A stretch of 64,000 bases of DNA from an uncultured bacterium (GCA_963749495.1 CAVVMW010000021.1:768001-832000); one strand, 5' to 3'. Numbered from the stretch's first letter, positions 1 to 10,621 are shown. The notes: generated by a model not told the origin, from the sequence alone. Translations and numbers: made by a program.

Positions 1-41
1 TCTTTTTAAGGCGCGTGTTCCCCACACCGCCGCTGCGCAGG

Positions 42-2798
42 TCACCGCTCTAACCGGTAAAACTTCGACTTACCCGTCGGGGTGGCATCAACCACGTTTG
101 CGGAACCCTGCACCACCACCGTCGCCGAAGAGTTGGTCCAGCCGCTCGGCAGAGCGGAGGTCTCCTGCAACACGAAGCCCGTGGCGGACACCGGCCAGGC
201 GATGATAGCTTTGCCGGCCGACAGACTGACGGAAAGCGCGGGTGGCGGCTGCAAAATGACGCTCAAATAATTAGTCACCGGCGGCAATTGCAGATAGACA
301 CGGTTGCTATTCAAGTTCAATGACGCCACGCTTAAAGGGCCATCGGGCGAGACAATCGTGGCCATAAGGGTCAGGCCATTCGTCAGCCAAGCCGGGCAAG
401 CCAGATCCACCTCCATCGCCGGCGTGCTCGTGATGGCATAAGGAGGGTTGACACCGACGTTGAAGTTGTTCAAGTCCACGAACGTCTTGCGGGCCGAAGG
501 ATTCTGATACAGGGTCAACCCCACGGTCACCGCCGCGTTGGATGAGGCCAGCACCGGTTGGAGGTGGAGAAACGCATAGGCCTTGGCGAGGGCTGTGCCA
601 AAAGTGGCGAGTTGCGCCGCCCGATCCGCAGCGGTGGCATTGTAATACACATAGCCCATGTTGTTGCCGTAGTAATAGACCGCGCCCGAGCCGAGGAAAT
701 TGGTCCGCAGGGCCGGCGGCACGCTGAAACTCGCGACCCCGGTCAGCGGGGCCAGAACGAGCGGGTTGGCCGGGGCGAAGTTGCCGCTCTCGCCAAGGAG
801 CGAGCCGCTGTCGCCTGTGACGACCAGGCAGCCGCCGCTGGCTACCCAGCTTTGGAGCGTGGCCACATCGGCCGGTTCAAAGGCCTCGGCATTGGGGATG
901 ATCAGCACCTTGAGAGCTTGCAGCAGGCCGCTCTCGTTCAGTTTCCACTCCGGCACGATGCGGTATTGATAGTGCAGCTCGCTCAGGGCCGTGCCCCAAC
1001 CCCAGACGGCGTATTGATGATACTGTTGGGCAAAATTCATAGCATCTCCCGGCAACATCATGGCATTGATTGTAGAGGTTGACAGATAGATGCCGACTTC
1101 CTCGACCGGCACCCGGTTGGCGAAGGCCGGGGCCGCGCTCCGCGCGACGAAGGTCATGAAATCCCTCTGCATTTGCGGCGTTCCGCAAAGCTCGGTGTCC
1201 CCGTCAATAAAATGGGGCGTGGTGTGGGCCGCAAGCATTTCATAGAATAGCGCCAGCGCCGGCCCGGAGTTGGTTAACACGCCGGCGTATCCGTCGTTGT
1301 AGAGCCAGACGTTGACGAAGTGGCTGCGGCCTTGTTCCCGAATTGCTTTATAGACCGGGGACAGGCGCGCAAAGGGCGGCAGGCCAAAGCCGCGCGCGCC
1401 GGCGGTGATGTTCCAGTTCAGACTCAGTTCCGTGCTCGCCAGGTCAAGCGTTCCGCGCGCCCATCCTCCGCTGCTGGGGAGTTGGTCATTGACCAACAGC
1501 GCGAAATCCGTCCGGCCGGCTTGGGCAGCGGCGGCGTGGACGATCCGGTCGTAATCGGCCAGGGCGGCAGAAGCGTTTCGCCGCCGGAAGATCTTGAAGG
1601 CGGACCAAAGGGAATTGCTCAGCCATCCGGGCTGAAGCCAAGCCGGGGAGGCAAGATCCGCGCCTTTCAAATCATACCGATTGGATGCCACCGTCAGGAG
1701 ATAGGCGCGGACATCGAAATTAGTGATGGCCGCTGGCGGCGCATTGGTGGCAAGCACTCCCCAACTCGCGAGTTGATTAGCGGTGAAGTTATTGGTGAGA
1801 TACTGTTGGAAGAGGGCAACGCTCCAGTCGCCAAAGGCGCAGGACACGGGCCCACGCGCCATGAAGCTGTCCCAGCCGCTGAAATTGTCCGTCCAGCTCC
1901 CTTGCACGCCGGTCAATTTCACAGCGGCAAGCGTTTCGGCGAAGGCGTAATTGGTCCAGCAAGGGCACGCGGCATCCTTGCCAAGCAGCACTTCACCCGT
2001 GTAGGCACCGGCTCCGGGAATCCAGAGCTCGCCCGCGTGGGGTTGGCCGGCGGCGCTGGCGAGGGGATTGTAACCGTAGTCCGCATCACCCAGCACGCTC
2101 CCGTAGATGGTTTTGGACCCGCCGGCATCATACACGCGACTATCGCTGGGGTTGGCCGCGTTGGTGTCATGGTTCAGGAACCCGGTGGCCATCGTGCCAT
2201 CGGGATAGAGCATCGGCCCGCCGCCGTAGATGGGATTCATCCGGGTGTAGGGGCGCGCAAAATAGCTGAGCTCGCTTTTATTGGCGGGCAGGTCATTGGT
2301 GAAACTGTCAAACCAGGTCCAGGCGCCCGCCCAGACAATGGTCCCGCCGCCATAGTTCTCCCAGTTCCAGAAGTGATGCAGGGTCGTCCAGCGCGGTAAC
2401 GATGGATTCCACTGCAACTCGGCAATTGGGTTTGCGGCCTGGCCATAGGCCTCGTTGTAGCTGAGGCTGACAATGCCCGCCGCCTTGAAACTGGCACACG
2501 TGTTCGAGGCGGCCGCGCCGTCGTCGTTGCCGTAGGCAAACCACAAGCCCCAGCTCGGGTTGGTCCCCACCCCGTTGATGACGGCGTTTGCACCGTAGGC
2601 CTGGGCCACGCTCAGGGAGGAAGTTTGCACCACCAGGGGAAAATTGTCCCACCACACCTGCGAAGAGGCCGGAGTGGACAGGACAGCCACCAGGGCGAAC
2701 AGGGCGCAACCAGCCCGCCGACGATCGGAGCGTCGAGCAAAGCGATCTTTGCCCCTCGGCGCCGCCTTGGAGATTGAGCTCCCGGGAGGTGTTTGCAC
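42..2798 (-). CDS. Large secreted putative glycoside hydrolase-like protein with beta-galactosidase trimerisation (GATase1-like) domain and C-terminal FYRL tail
   Basis: 918-aa ORF; signal-like ALFALVAVLSTPASS; LKVLIIPNAEAF...LQSWVASGGCLVVTG resembles the GH42 trimerisation domain; ends ...KFYRLER. Start uncertain (GTG). Confidence 0.65.
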   Translation of the reverse strand: MQTPPGSSISKAAPRGKDRFARRSDRRRAGCALFALVAVLSTPASSQVWWDNFPLVVQTSSLSVAQAYGANAVINGVGTNPSWGLWFAYGNDDGAAASNTCASFKAAGIVSLSYNEAYGQAANPIAELQWNPSLPRWTTLHHFWNWENYGGGTIVWAGAWTWFDSFTNDLPANKSELSYFARPYTRMNPIYGGGPMLYPDGTMATGFLNHDTNAANPSDSRVYDAGGSKTIYGSVLGDADYGYNPLASAAGQPHAGELWIPGAGAYTGEVLLGKDAACPCWTNYAFAETLAAVKLTGVQGSWTDNFSGWDSFMARGPVSCAFGDWSVALFQQYLTNNFTANQLASWGVLATNAPPAAITNFDVRAYLLTVASNRYDLKGADLASPAWLQPGWLSNSLWSAFKIFRRRNASAALADYDRIVHAAAAQAGRTDFALLVNDQLPSSGGWARGTLDLASTELSLNWNITAGARGFGLPPFARLSPVYKAIREQGRSHFVNVWLYNDGYAGVLTNSGPALALFYEMLAAHTTPHFIDGDTELCGTPQMQRDFMTFVARSAAPAFANRVPVEEVGIYLSTSTINAMMLPGDAMNFAQQYHQYAVWGWGTALSELHYQYRIVPEWKLNESGLLQALKVLIIPNAEAFEPADVATLQSWVASGGCLVVTGDSGSLLGESGNFAPANPLVLAPLTGVASFSVPPALRTNFLGSGAVYYYGNNMGYVYYNATAADRAAQLATFGTALAKAYAFLHLQPVLASSNAAVTVGLTLYQNPSARKTFVDLNNFNVGVNPPYAITSTPAMEVDLACPAWLTNGLTLMATIVSPDGPLSVASLNLNSNRVYLQLPPVTNYLSVILQPPPALSVSLSAGKAIIAWPVSATGFVLQETSALPSGWTNSSATVVVQGSANVVDATPTGKSKFYRLER

Positions 2799-2858
2799 GT
2801 CCGGTTACTTGTGAACCGAGGTCTAAGGCCCGTGTTTCCCACACCGCCGCTGCGCAGG

Positions 2859-5399
2859 TCACTGCTTCAACCGGTAGAACTTCATGTCCGTCGGAGTGAC
2901 ATTAACCATGTTTTGGGAACCCTGCACCGTCACCGTCGCCGCCGAGTTGGTCCAGCCGCCCGGCAGGGCGGAGGTCTCCTGCAAGACGAAGCCCGTGGCG
3001 AACGCCGGCCAAGTGATGATCACCATGCCGGCCGACTGGCTGACGGAAAGCTTAGGTGGCGGCGGAAGCTGCAACCCCGGCACCAGATGAATGTTGTCAA
3101 GCAAAATGGTCGTATCGCCCACGTTATGGGTGGTAAACACCAACAGGTTGCTCGACGCATCGTTGGTGAACGTCAAGTACTGCGTGAAGTAGGGATTGTT
3201 GTCGCCCACCGAGTTGACCGTTTGGCCCGTGAGCAAGGGTATGTCACCAAAGGCAACGTCGTAGGTGAGCACGGAGCCGGCCGGGGCAAGGCGCCCGTTC
3301 ACGCCATAGATGAGCGTATAGGCCTTGCCCACCGTCAGACCGCTGATAAGAGCGCTGGCCGTGCCTTCATGCCACATGTAAAGCACTTCACCCTGGTCCG
3401 GCGCCCTGCCGTTGTCCCCGAAGGTATCACCAGGGCTGAAATTCACGCCATTTCCGCCCGTCACACTCCAGCCAGCCATCGCCCCTGGGTAAGAGGTCGG
3501 ACTGGGTTCGCCACCGGCCTCAAAGCTCGGGTTTTCGATAATGATCTCGTTCGAACCGCGCTGCACCATGCTCACGGCGTCCAGCAGCAAGGCCGGGGTG
3601 GTGTTCGGGAGGGTCGGGGTGGTGGAGAACTCCAGCAGCTCCGACGCGTTGGTGGGTGTGAAGACGATATTCGTGAAATAGAACGGGACGTCTCCGACAG
3701 AGGAGCCGACGGCGGCAATGTTGTTGATCGTGGCCAGGACGTTGCCGCCAAGCGTTACCTTCAGATTGACGGCGCCGCCGGCAGAGGCGCTGGCGTTGTA
3801 GCGGAATTGGAGCCAATAATTGGTTCCCGGACTCAGGCCGTAGATCTGCTGGGAGAGCGTGGTCGTTCCCTCCAGGACAGCCACCTGGACCTGGTCGGGA
3901 ATGATGCCATTATCCAAAAAGGGGCCGGAGGAGCCGTCAACTTCGGAGCCGCCAGTCCAAGAGGTGATCGGGGTGACGCCGGGATCTGATTCTTCAAAGC
4001 TTGGGTTGAGCACGAAAGAGGTGAAAACCGTCACGGTCGGAACCTGGACCACGTCCAAGTTGGCGGTGGCCGAAGCCCTGAGCCCGACGAGCCCCTGCCC
4101 ACGCCCACGATCTGGAAGGATTGGACATTGGCAGCCCCTTGAGCAAAATGCAGCGTCAGAACTCCGTTGGAGTCCCCGCCGACGATCCCGACTACGCCGG
4201 GATTGGGCGAGCTCGATTTGGATGTCGGCCGCTGAACTGGCGAGAAAGGCCGGGGGCACCGTCACCTGGACCTGGCCGATCTGGGTGGCGGCCAATTGGA
4301 TCGCCGTTGGCGCGAAGGTGAGCGGGAAGTGCTGCACCACCTGGCCCACCAGCCGGACATCGTCCAACAACAGAGTACCCCCGGCTGTGGTTTGGGCAAA
4401 GGAGATCACCGCATTGGTGCCGGCGGGGGTGAACGTCACGGTCTTGGTGTGGTATGGATTGGAGCCGCCGACCGGGGCGACATCTTCGTCATCGATGACC
4501 GTGCCTGCGGCTTTGACTTGCAGATGCGCCATCGTGCCCGGCGCACTCTGGGCGTTGTAGGCGAAACTCAACTGGCAGGGGGTGTTGGGCACAAGGCTCG
4601 AGACGGTTTGGCTCAACGAGCCGGGTCCGGCAATGAACCCAACCAAGTCCTGGTCCGGAATTGCCCCGTTGTCGGCGTACACGCCGCCAGGGAGGCTGAT
4701 CCCGTAAGTGCCGGATTGGTTGGTGTCCCAGGTCCAACCCGCCAAGGCCGCGGGCTTAATGATCTCGCCGGAGTCGGCGGACGGGGGGTTGCCGGTCACG
4801 TCGGTCGGCGGTCCGCTAGCCTCAAAGCTGGGGTTCATAATGACCACATTGCCGGCATCGCGCTGGACTATGTTCACGCCATCAAAGAGAGCAGACGCGT
4901 CGCCGCTGACGGTCGTCTGGAAGGTCAGGGTGCCGGTGTCGTTGGTGGGGGTGAAGGCCATGTTCGCGAAGTTGAAGCCGCTGGTCGCGAGCTGGACGTC
5001 ATTAATCGCGCCGATCGGGACACCCCCGAAGCGGACCTGCATCACCATCGTCCCGCCGCAGCAGTTGCGGCCCTCGTACCAAAACTGGAGCCAATACTGT
5101 TTGCCGGGCGTCAACCCGCTGATGTCCTGCGACAGGGTTCCGTCGTGCCAGATAAACGCAAACCGGTCGCGGTCCGCGATGAGCGTGCCCGGGTTGTAGA
5201 ACGGATCGCCTGCCTGGTTCACCCCCCAACTGCCCGTGATGGTCCAACCGTCCGGCGTAATGCCGCCGTTGTTGCTTGTGGTGTAGTTGTCTTCGAAGCT
5301 CGGGTTCGACACGAAGGCAGCCCAAAGTGGGCGGGCGGCCAGGGCGAGCATCGTGATCAGCAGAATTCGCAGAATTCCTGCCATTTTCTCATTCTTCAT
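2859..5399 (-). CDS. Secreted multi-repeat (NPSFE, DUF642/CBM-like) protein with FYRL tail; internal compensating frameshifts
   Basis: Start MKNEKMAGILRILLITMLALAARPLWA gives a clean signal peptide; four NPSFE-starting beta-sandwich repeats; ends KFYRLKQ; out-of-character Arg-rich segment at about 4085-4215. Confidence 0.75.
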   Translation of the reverse strand: MKNEKMAGILRILLITMLALAARPLWAAFVSNPSFEDNYTTSNNGGITPDGWTITGSWGVNQAGDPFYNPGTLIADRDRFAFIWHDGTLSQDISGLTPGKQYWLQFWYEGRNCCGGTMVMQVRFGGVPIGAINDVQLATSGFNFANMAFTPTNDTGTLTFQTTVSGDASALFDGVNIVQRDAGNVVIMNPSFEASGPPTDVTGNPPSADSGEIIKPAALAGWTWDTNQSGTYGISLPGGVYADNGAIPDQDLVGFIAGPGSLSQTVSSLVPNTPCQLSFAYNAQSAPGTMAHLQVKAAGTVIDDEDVAPVGGSNPYHTKTVTFTPAGTNAVISFAQTTAGGTLLLDDVRLVGQVVQHFPLTFAPTAIQLAATQIGQVQVTVPPAFLASSAADIQIELAQSRRSRDRRRGLQRSSDAAFCSRGCQCPILPDRGRGQGLVGLRASATANLDVVQVPTVTVFTSFVLNPSFEESDPGVTPITSWTGGSEVDGSSGPFLDNGIIPDQVQVAVLEGTTTLSQQIYGLSPGTNYWLQFRYNASASAGGAVNLKVTLGGNVLATINNIAAVGSSVGDVPFYFTNIVFTPTNASELLEFSTTPTLPNTTPALLLDAVSMVQRGSNEIIIENPSFEAGGEPSPTSYPGAMAGWSVTGGNGVNFSPGDTFGDNGRAPDQGEVLYMWHEGTASALISGLTVGKAYTLIYGVNGRLAPAGSVLTYDVAFGDIPLLTGQTVNSVGDNNPYFTQYLTFTNDASSNLLVFTTHNVGDTTILLDNIHLVPGLQLPPPPKLSVSQSAGMVIITWPAFATGFVLQETSALPGGWTNSAATVTVQGSQNMVNVTPTDMKFYRLKQ

Positions 5400-5587
5400 A
5401 GGCGGCTCTCTCTTGAGGGATTTGCTCCCATTGACGGATTCGATTCCAGCATTTGAAGGTCTATCGCAAAAACCTTGGGCGATTTTGGATGAACTTCCGG
5501 TCTTTGCAAGCTTTCCTTCCAAGAGATTTTCGGGAACGACCTCGGTCAAGGAGAAAGGCCCCGGCGGCCGAGGTTCCACGCGTGGAT

Positions 5588-5818
5588 TCAATTCCATCGT
5601 GCTTTGTAGAGGTGCTCGCCACGGCGCTGGAGCTCGCCCTCGGGCTCGATGAAGATCACACTCGCGATCTCCTTTTCCGACTGGGACAGGTCGAAGAGGA
5701 CGAGGCGGTTCCCGTCGGCTCCCGCCACCACCACTCGGTTGCGGGGGAGCAGCTCGGCGCAGTGGGCGTCTTCGACCGACGCCCAGAAAAGAACTCGGCC
5801 GCCGGCACGCTCAACCAA
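5588..5818 (-). pseudogene. Possible collapsed fragment of a beta-propeller (DUF6528-like) gene
   Basis: DAHCAELLPRNRVVVAG...LVLFD and terminal HLYKARWN resemble that family, but the ORF is only 76 aa. Confidence 0.3.
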
Positions 5819-6151
5819 GGCTGGGAATAAACCGTGCCGCCCCTATCGCGCAATCAGGGTCTGGCGCGCCTGGTCTGCGCCCACCGCAAGCCCTCCATTC
5901 CTGCACACTCAGTTTCGCGCCGCCGAGCAATTGGTCAAACCACTCCGGAATTGCTGCCTCGTTCCAGTTCCAACGGAGCGAATCTCGTTTCCACCTGAAA
6001 ACCGTTAAGCATGGCCCAACCCAAATAGACAGGCCGGTCGCAGGTTCGTGTTGCCAGAGGGTCCAAACCCGCGAGGAAAATGCCACCGCAATGAAATGGG
6101 GCTGCCCCAATGCCGGCCAGTCCCCTCCCGGGTTCGCTGAGCGGCTGTGTT

Positions 6152-6322
6152 TTCCGCGTATTCCGCGTATTCCGCGGTTGCCCTCAGTCGCCATAGCTGT
6201 ATCGGCCCCGCTCGGCCACGATGCGCTCAAGTTGGATGGTAAATAAGATTGGTTTTCATGGCCGGCGAGGCTAGCAAAGCTCCCAAGAAGAATGAACCGC
6301 GGAATACGCGGAATACGCGGAA
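6152..6322. repeat. REP-like 28-bp perfect inverted repeat built from 9-mer units
   Basis: ttccgcgtattccgcgtattccgcggtt (6152-6179) and aaccgcggaatacgcggaatacgcggaa (6295-6322). Confidence 0.85.
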
Positions 6323-6489
6323 GAAAATGAACAAGTCTAACGGTTACTATTTTGTCCCGCACCCCCGCCAACCGAGGCCCGCAACTAAAGCTTGTCATCA
6401 CAATTTCGTTCTGCTAAGCTCCCGGCGTTTCCTGGGCCCGGAGGTTGGGAGCAACGTGGATGAGCTGTCGCAACTCAGAAGATCAACCG

Positions 6490-6762
6490 GTGAATCTCGC
6501 TTTGAATGAAGCGGATACGTGCCGGAGGTTTGTCGTGCCCAAGCTTCAGGCAGCGGGCTGGGATGACGAACCCCACTCCATCGCAGAACAGCGCGCGTTC
6601 ACTGACGGCCGCATCGTCGTCCACGGGAATCGTGCCACCCGGCGCAGGGGAAAACGCGCGGATTATCTCCTCCGCTACACGCGGGATTTCCTGCTCGCGG
6701 TCGTTGAGGCAAACCGACCAACGCATGCGCATGGAGCTCGATCGCTTCAAAGAGTACAGTGA
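6490..6762 (+). pseudogene. hsdR: Type I restriction enzyme R subunit N-terminal fragment
   Basis: NEADTCRRFVVPKLQAAGWD...FTDGRI...KRADYLL...LAVVEA is the HsdR N-terminal nuclease region; similarity stops at VVEA; no helicase, HsdM or HsdS follow. Confidence 0.8.
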
Positions 6763-6859
6763 CGGCCCCTCGCCGGGATCAAGGCGGTGGTCGGGCGAGT
6801 CTCCCTCCGAATCCAGCGCCTTCGCCTGTGTCTTGGCCGCCATGGTTTTTAGCCTGTTT

Positions 6860-7055
6860 TCAGGCGTCGCTACGCGACGCGGTTGAGCTTGGGCCAGAGG
6901 TCCGTGGACTGGAAGTCCACGGCTACCATCGGCCACCGCTGCGCGGTGAGCCGGCCGCAGCGGGCGCGTTGCGGAGCGACGGATGAAGGTAGCCGGGGAC
7001 CGAGGTCCACGGTTTGGGGAGTGGGAATGGTCGCGCGTTGCGTAGCGACGCCTGA
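6860..7055. repeat. Composite REP/BIME-like palindromic element
   Basis: tcaggcgtcgctacgcgacgcg / cgcgttgcgtagcgacgcctga (21/22 inverted match); inner hairpin ccgtggactggaagtccacgg at 6902-6922. Confidence 0.8.
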
Positions 7056-7302
7056 CGGCTTGGCGGCGGTGTTTAGCACCTGAGGGAGGCGAACCATTGT
7101 GTTTTCATATTGCGTTTCGGGAATGCTGCCGGAAATCCTCGCCGGCTTCAATGACAGTGTTGGCGGCCGGGAGATAATCTCGCCGCTGGGCCAAATCGCT
7201 CCGCCCGACTGCGGTCGGAAATGAATTGCCTAACCCAGGACACAATGAGACCCTGCCGCCATACTTGCCCAATCGAACAAGATGATAGAAAGGCCCTAAC
7301 CC

Positions 7303-8508
7303 ATGATGAGAACTGCATTGGCCCCCGTCGTTGTCCTCGCTCTCCTGTCCTGGAATGGCGCGGGACAGGAAACGAAAGACCCGGGGAAAGTCGAGACCGG
7401 CAAGGTCACGGCGCATTCGGGCGGCCTGCACGGCTACATCGGTTTTAGCGCGACCCGCCCTCCGGCGCGGTCCGAGTACAGCGCGGGCATGGGTTTCTAC
7501 TCCGCGGTCTGGCCGCTGATTGACCAGGCGCTGGCCGACTTTCAGATCGGCCTGGCCGGTTCCTGGATCACTCCCGACAACTCCGATAACAAAGACAAGC
7601 CGCTGGCTCCGGAGGGCACACTGGCGCGAACCTGGCGGGAACGGGGTCCGACCTGGGACAGCGTATTCCAAACCGTCGAAGGCGGCCTGGGCTACTGGGC
7701 GGGCAACCACTTCCGCTACGGGCCCCCCAAGTTCAGCATGAACGCCACGCCCCAATGCTACGACTACGAGGTCGGCTCGCCGGGATGGTCCTTTTTCTAC
7801 AGCAACGAGGCCCTGCCGGACAATCGATTGGGCATTGCCCAACTGAGCAACCGGCTGCTGATTCCCCCCGATGCGCTCCCCTTCCAGGGCAATCCCCACG
7901 GCCAGTTCTTGGGCTACACCTGGATGGCCCTGCCCTTTACGGAGCCCACGGCGGGCGACCCGCCCACGGGCGACCAGAGCTGGACCTGTTTTCTGAGTGC
8001 GGCCAACTTCAAGGGGCCCATTGCCTATTTCAACAGCAACCTCAGCCCCAATGGTCTATTTCCGCAATACTACAAACACGTTGGGGAGGAACGCATCGCA
8101 GTAGCGGCCGCGGACGTGCCTGCGGAGACGCAGTTGCCGGCGCAGGAATTCAAACTGGCAGGGCGGGGTGAGCCCTACACTTCACCGTCCACCGGCGCCT
8201 GGAGCCGCCCCGGCCCGAAGCTAGGGCCGTTCACCGTCAAACTCGCCGATGGTTCTTTGGTGACGTACTCCTGGTACCGTTTCGTGGATCAGCCGCCCTT
8301 TCAGCAATACGATTGGAGTGAGGAGAAGAAGGCGAAGTTGCAGGCCCTTGTGGAGAAGCTCCATGCGAACTGGCCGATTGACCGGGACTACATGGCGCCT
8401 CCCAGCCATGGGTCCCTGGTGACACTGGATCCGGCCCTGCTCGTGACGCCCCCAAAGGGCCTGGAGGCGGGGTATGTTCCCATCGTGACGCGTCAAACGA
8501 CTCAATAA
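7303..8508 (+). CDS. Secreted hypothetical protein (Trp/Pro/Tyr-rich)
   Basis: 401-aa ORF, signal peptide MRTALAPVVVLALLSWNGAG, strong GC3 bias. Confidence 0.75.
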   Translation: MMRTALAPVVVLALLSWNGAGQETKDPGKVETGKVTAHSGGLHGYIGFSATRPPARSEYSAGMGFYSAVWPLIDQALADFQIGLAGSWITPDNSDNKDKPLAPEGTLARTWRERGPTWDSVFQTVEGGLGYWAGNHFRYGPPKFSMNATPQCYDYEVGSPGWSFFYSNEALPDNRLGIAQLSNRLLIPPDALPFQGNPHGQFLGYTWMALPFTEPTAGDPPTGDQSWTCFLSAANFKGPIAYFNSNLSPNGLFPQYYKHVGEERIAVAAADVPAETQLPAQEFKLAGRGEPYTSPSTGAWSRPGPKLGPFTVKLADGSLVTYSWYRFVDQPPFQQYDWSEEKKAKLQALVEKLHANWPIDRDYMAPPSHGSLVTLDPALLVTPPKGLEAGYVPIVTRQTTQ

Positions 8509-8559
8509 TGGCGGGGGGAGCAAAACCGCTGAGTTTACCAGGCAACTCGTCACCAAATT

Positions 8560-9987
8560 ATGACACCCACCCTCGCACCGAACCCGGCTTTGGGAAACAG
8601 TGACTGGCCTTTCAACCGCACTTACATCTTCAGCATCTCGCTCATTGCCGCCCTGGGCGGTTTGATGTTCGGATATGACTGGGTGGTGATCGGCGGCGCC
8701 GAGTTGTTTTACGAAAAGTACTTCAAGCTCACCTCGGCGTTGCAGGTCGGCTGGGCGATGAGCAGCGCGCTGGTGGGCGCCCTGGCCGGCGCGTTCTTTG
8801 CGGGAGCGTTGAGCGACAAATTCGGGCGCAAACCGCTCCTGCTGTTTTCCGGTTTCTTGTTCGTGGGCACGTCAATCGGCACCGGTCTGGCCTCCACGTT
8901 TCCTCTGTTTGTCGCCAACCGGCTGCTCGGCGGCATGGCCATTGGCATCGCCTCGAACCTCTCGCCCCTCTACATCGCCGAGATTGCGCCGGCCGCCATG
9001 CGTGGCCGCTTGGTTTCCGTCAACCAGCTCACCATCGCCATCGGGGTCGTGGCGGCACAATTCGTGAATTGGCTCATCGCTCAGCCAACGCCTCCGGGGA
9101 CCATGGCGGATCAGATCCCTTTTGATTCCTGGAATGTGCAAACCGCCTGGCGTTGGATGTTCGGGGTGACCGCCGCGCCGGCGGCGGTCTTCTTTATTTC
9201 CATGTTCTTTGCGCCGGAAAGCCCGCGTTGGCTCGCCAAGAAGGGCCGCTCGGATCGGGCCAGGTCCGTCTTGAGGAAGATCGGCGGCGCTGACTATGCC
9301 GAATTCTCGGTGAAGGACATTGAAGCAACGCTCGTGAACGAGATTGACAAAGTTGACCTGCGCGAACTGCTCGACCCCAAGATGCTCAAAATTCTGCTTG
9401 TCGGTGTGGTGCTCGCCGTCTTCCAGCAATGGTGCGGCATCAACGTCATCTTCCAGTATGGTTCGCGCATCTTCGCCGATGCGGGCTACGCGGTGTCCGG
9501 CATCCTCTTCAATATTGTCATCACCGGCATTGTGGCGGTCCTGATGACGTTCGTGGCGATTGGCACCGTGGACCGTTGGGGGCGCCGCATCTTGATGTTG
9601 AGCGGAGCGATTGGCCTGACGGTCATTTATTTGTTCACCGGCCTGGCCTATCATCTCGGACTCAAAGGCCCGGTTCCTGTTGCGCTGGTTGTTGCGGCCA
9701 TCGCCTGTTACTGCTACTCGCTGGCGCCGATTACCTGGGTCATCCTCTCCGAGATATTTCCCAACCGCATTCGCGGCGCGGCGATGTCGGTCTCAGTGGT
9801 GGCCTTATGGCTCGGCAACTTCCTGCTTTCTCAGACCTTTCCAAAGATGTATCAGAGCCTGGGCCTGGCGAAGTGTTTTTGGGTGTACGCCGGCATCTGT
9901 TTTCTCGGGTTTTTGTTCATCTGGCTGCGGCTGCCCGAAACCAAGGGCCAGACCCTCGAGGAAATCGAACGCGCGTTGGTGGATTAG
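8560..9987 (+). CDS. Sugar porter family MFS transporter (XylE/AraE-like)
   Basis: GGLMFGYD, DKFGRK, PESPRWL, QQWCGIN, DRWGRR and PETKG motifs; about 12 TM segments. Confidence 0.95.
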   Translation: MTPTLAPNPALGNSDWPFNRTYIFSISLIAALGGLMFGYDWVVIGGAELFYEKYFKLTSALQVGWAMSSALVGALAGAFFAGALSDKFGRKPLLLFSGFLFVGTSIGTGLASTFPLFVANRLLGGMAIGIASNLSPLYIAEIAPAAMRGRLVSVNQLTIAIGVVAAQFVNWLIAQPTPPGTMADQIPFDSWNVQTAWRWMFGVTAAPAAVFFISMFFAPESPRWLAKKGRSDRARSVLRKIGGADYAEFSVKDIEATLVNEIDKVDLRELLDPKMLKILLVGVVLAVFQQWCGINVIFQYGSRIFADAGYAVSGILFNIVITGIVAVLMTFVAIGTVDRWGRRILMLSGAIGLTVIYLFTGLAYHLGLKGPVPVALVVAAIACYCYSLAPITWVILSEIFPNRIRGAAMSVSVVALWLGNFLLSQTFPKMYQSLGLAKCFWVYAGICFLGFLFIWLRLPETKGQTLEEIERALVD

Positions 9988-10012
9988 CGTGATTTATGAA
10001 ACGGTCCACTAA

Positions 10013-10172
10013 GGAGGCTATTCACAATAACATGGACACTATCGCGCCGGGATTTTGACCGCTGGCGAGGCGCGAGCGAGGAGCATACCCGAAGCGGTCT
10101 GTAACGAGCGAGCAACGAAGCCAGCGGTCAAAAGACCAAGCGAGAGTGTTCATGTTATTGTGAATGGCCTCC
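10013..10172. mobile_element. 160-bp MITE with terminal inverted repeats and TAA target duplication
   Basis: TIR ggaggctattcacaataacatggacact / agtgttcatgttattgtgaatggcctcc; TAA at 10010-10012 and 10173-10175. Confidence 0.85.
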
Positions 10173-10621
10173 TAAGGCGAACCGGCTCGTGCCAATTGGG
10201 CAGCGGCTGCTTTGGCGTTTGCATTTCCTTTCGCCGCGGCGGCATCAATCTCAAGCTTAAGCTGGGCCAGGCTGGACAATGCGGCATTTTGCTGCGCCGC
10301 CTCCCCGCAGAGACTCGTTACTTTGCGCATCCCGGTAGCGGCCGCACTGTAGTCCTTCGCTTCCCAGCAGGAGAGCGCATGCTTGGCGTTGTTCCTGATG
10401 TAGGGATTCGGGTCTGTGCAGAGGCTTTTCAGCCCATCCTTGGAGGTTTCGGGCGTGGCTCCTGCACCCGGAGCACGGGCACCGCCTTGGGCCGCCGCGG
10501 CCGCGGGGTCGGCGGCGGCTTGGCCGGTTGGGGGCTCAGGCATCTTCGATTCGGTCGTCTTCCGGTGGCAGCCTGCGAACACAACCGCGAGCGCCAGGGG
10601 AAGCAGCAGTGGAGTCCTCAT
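10172..10621 (-). CDS. Small lipoprotein
   Basis: Lipobox-like AVVFAG-C after a hydrophobic stretch; helical Ala-rich body. Confidence 0.75.
   Translation of the reverse strand: MRTPLLLPLALAVVFAGCHRKTTESKMPEPPTGQAAADPAAAAAQGGARAPGAGATPETSKDGLKSLCTDPNPYIRNNAKHALSCWEAKDYSAAATGMRKVTSLCGEAAQQNAALSSLAQLKLEIDAAAAKGNANAKAAAAQLARAGSP

Noticed and set aside
6490..6762. Active type I restriction-modification system
   Set aside because: Only about 75 codons of HsdR are present; no methyltransferase or specificity subunit.
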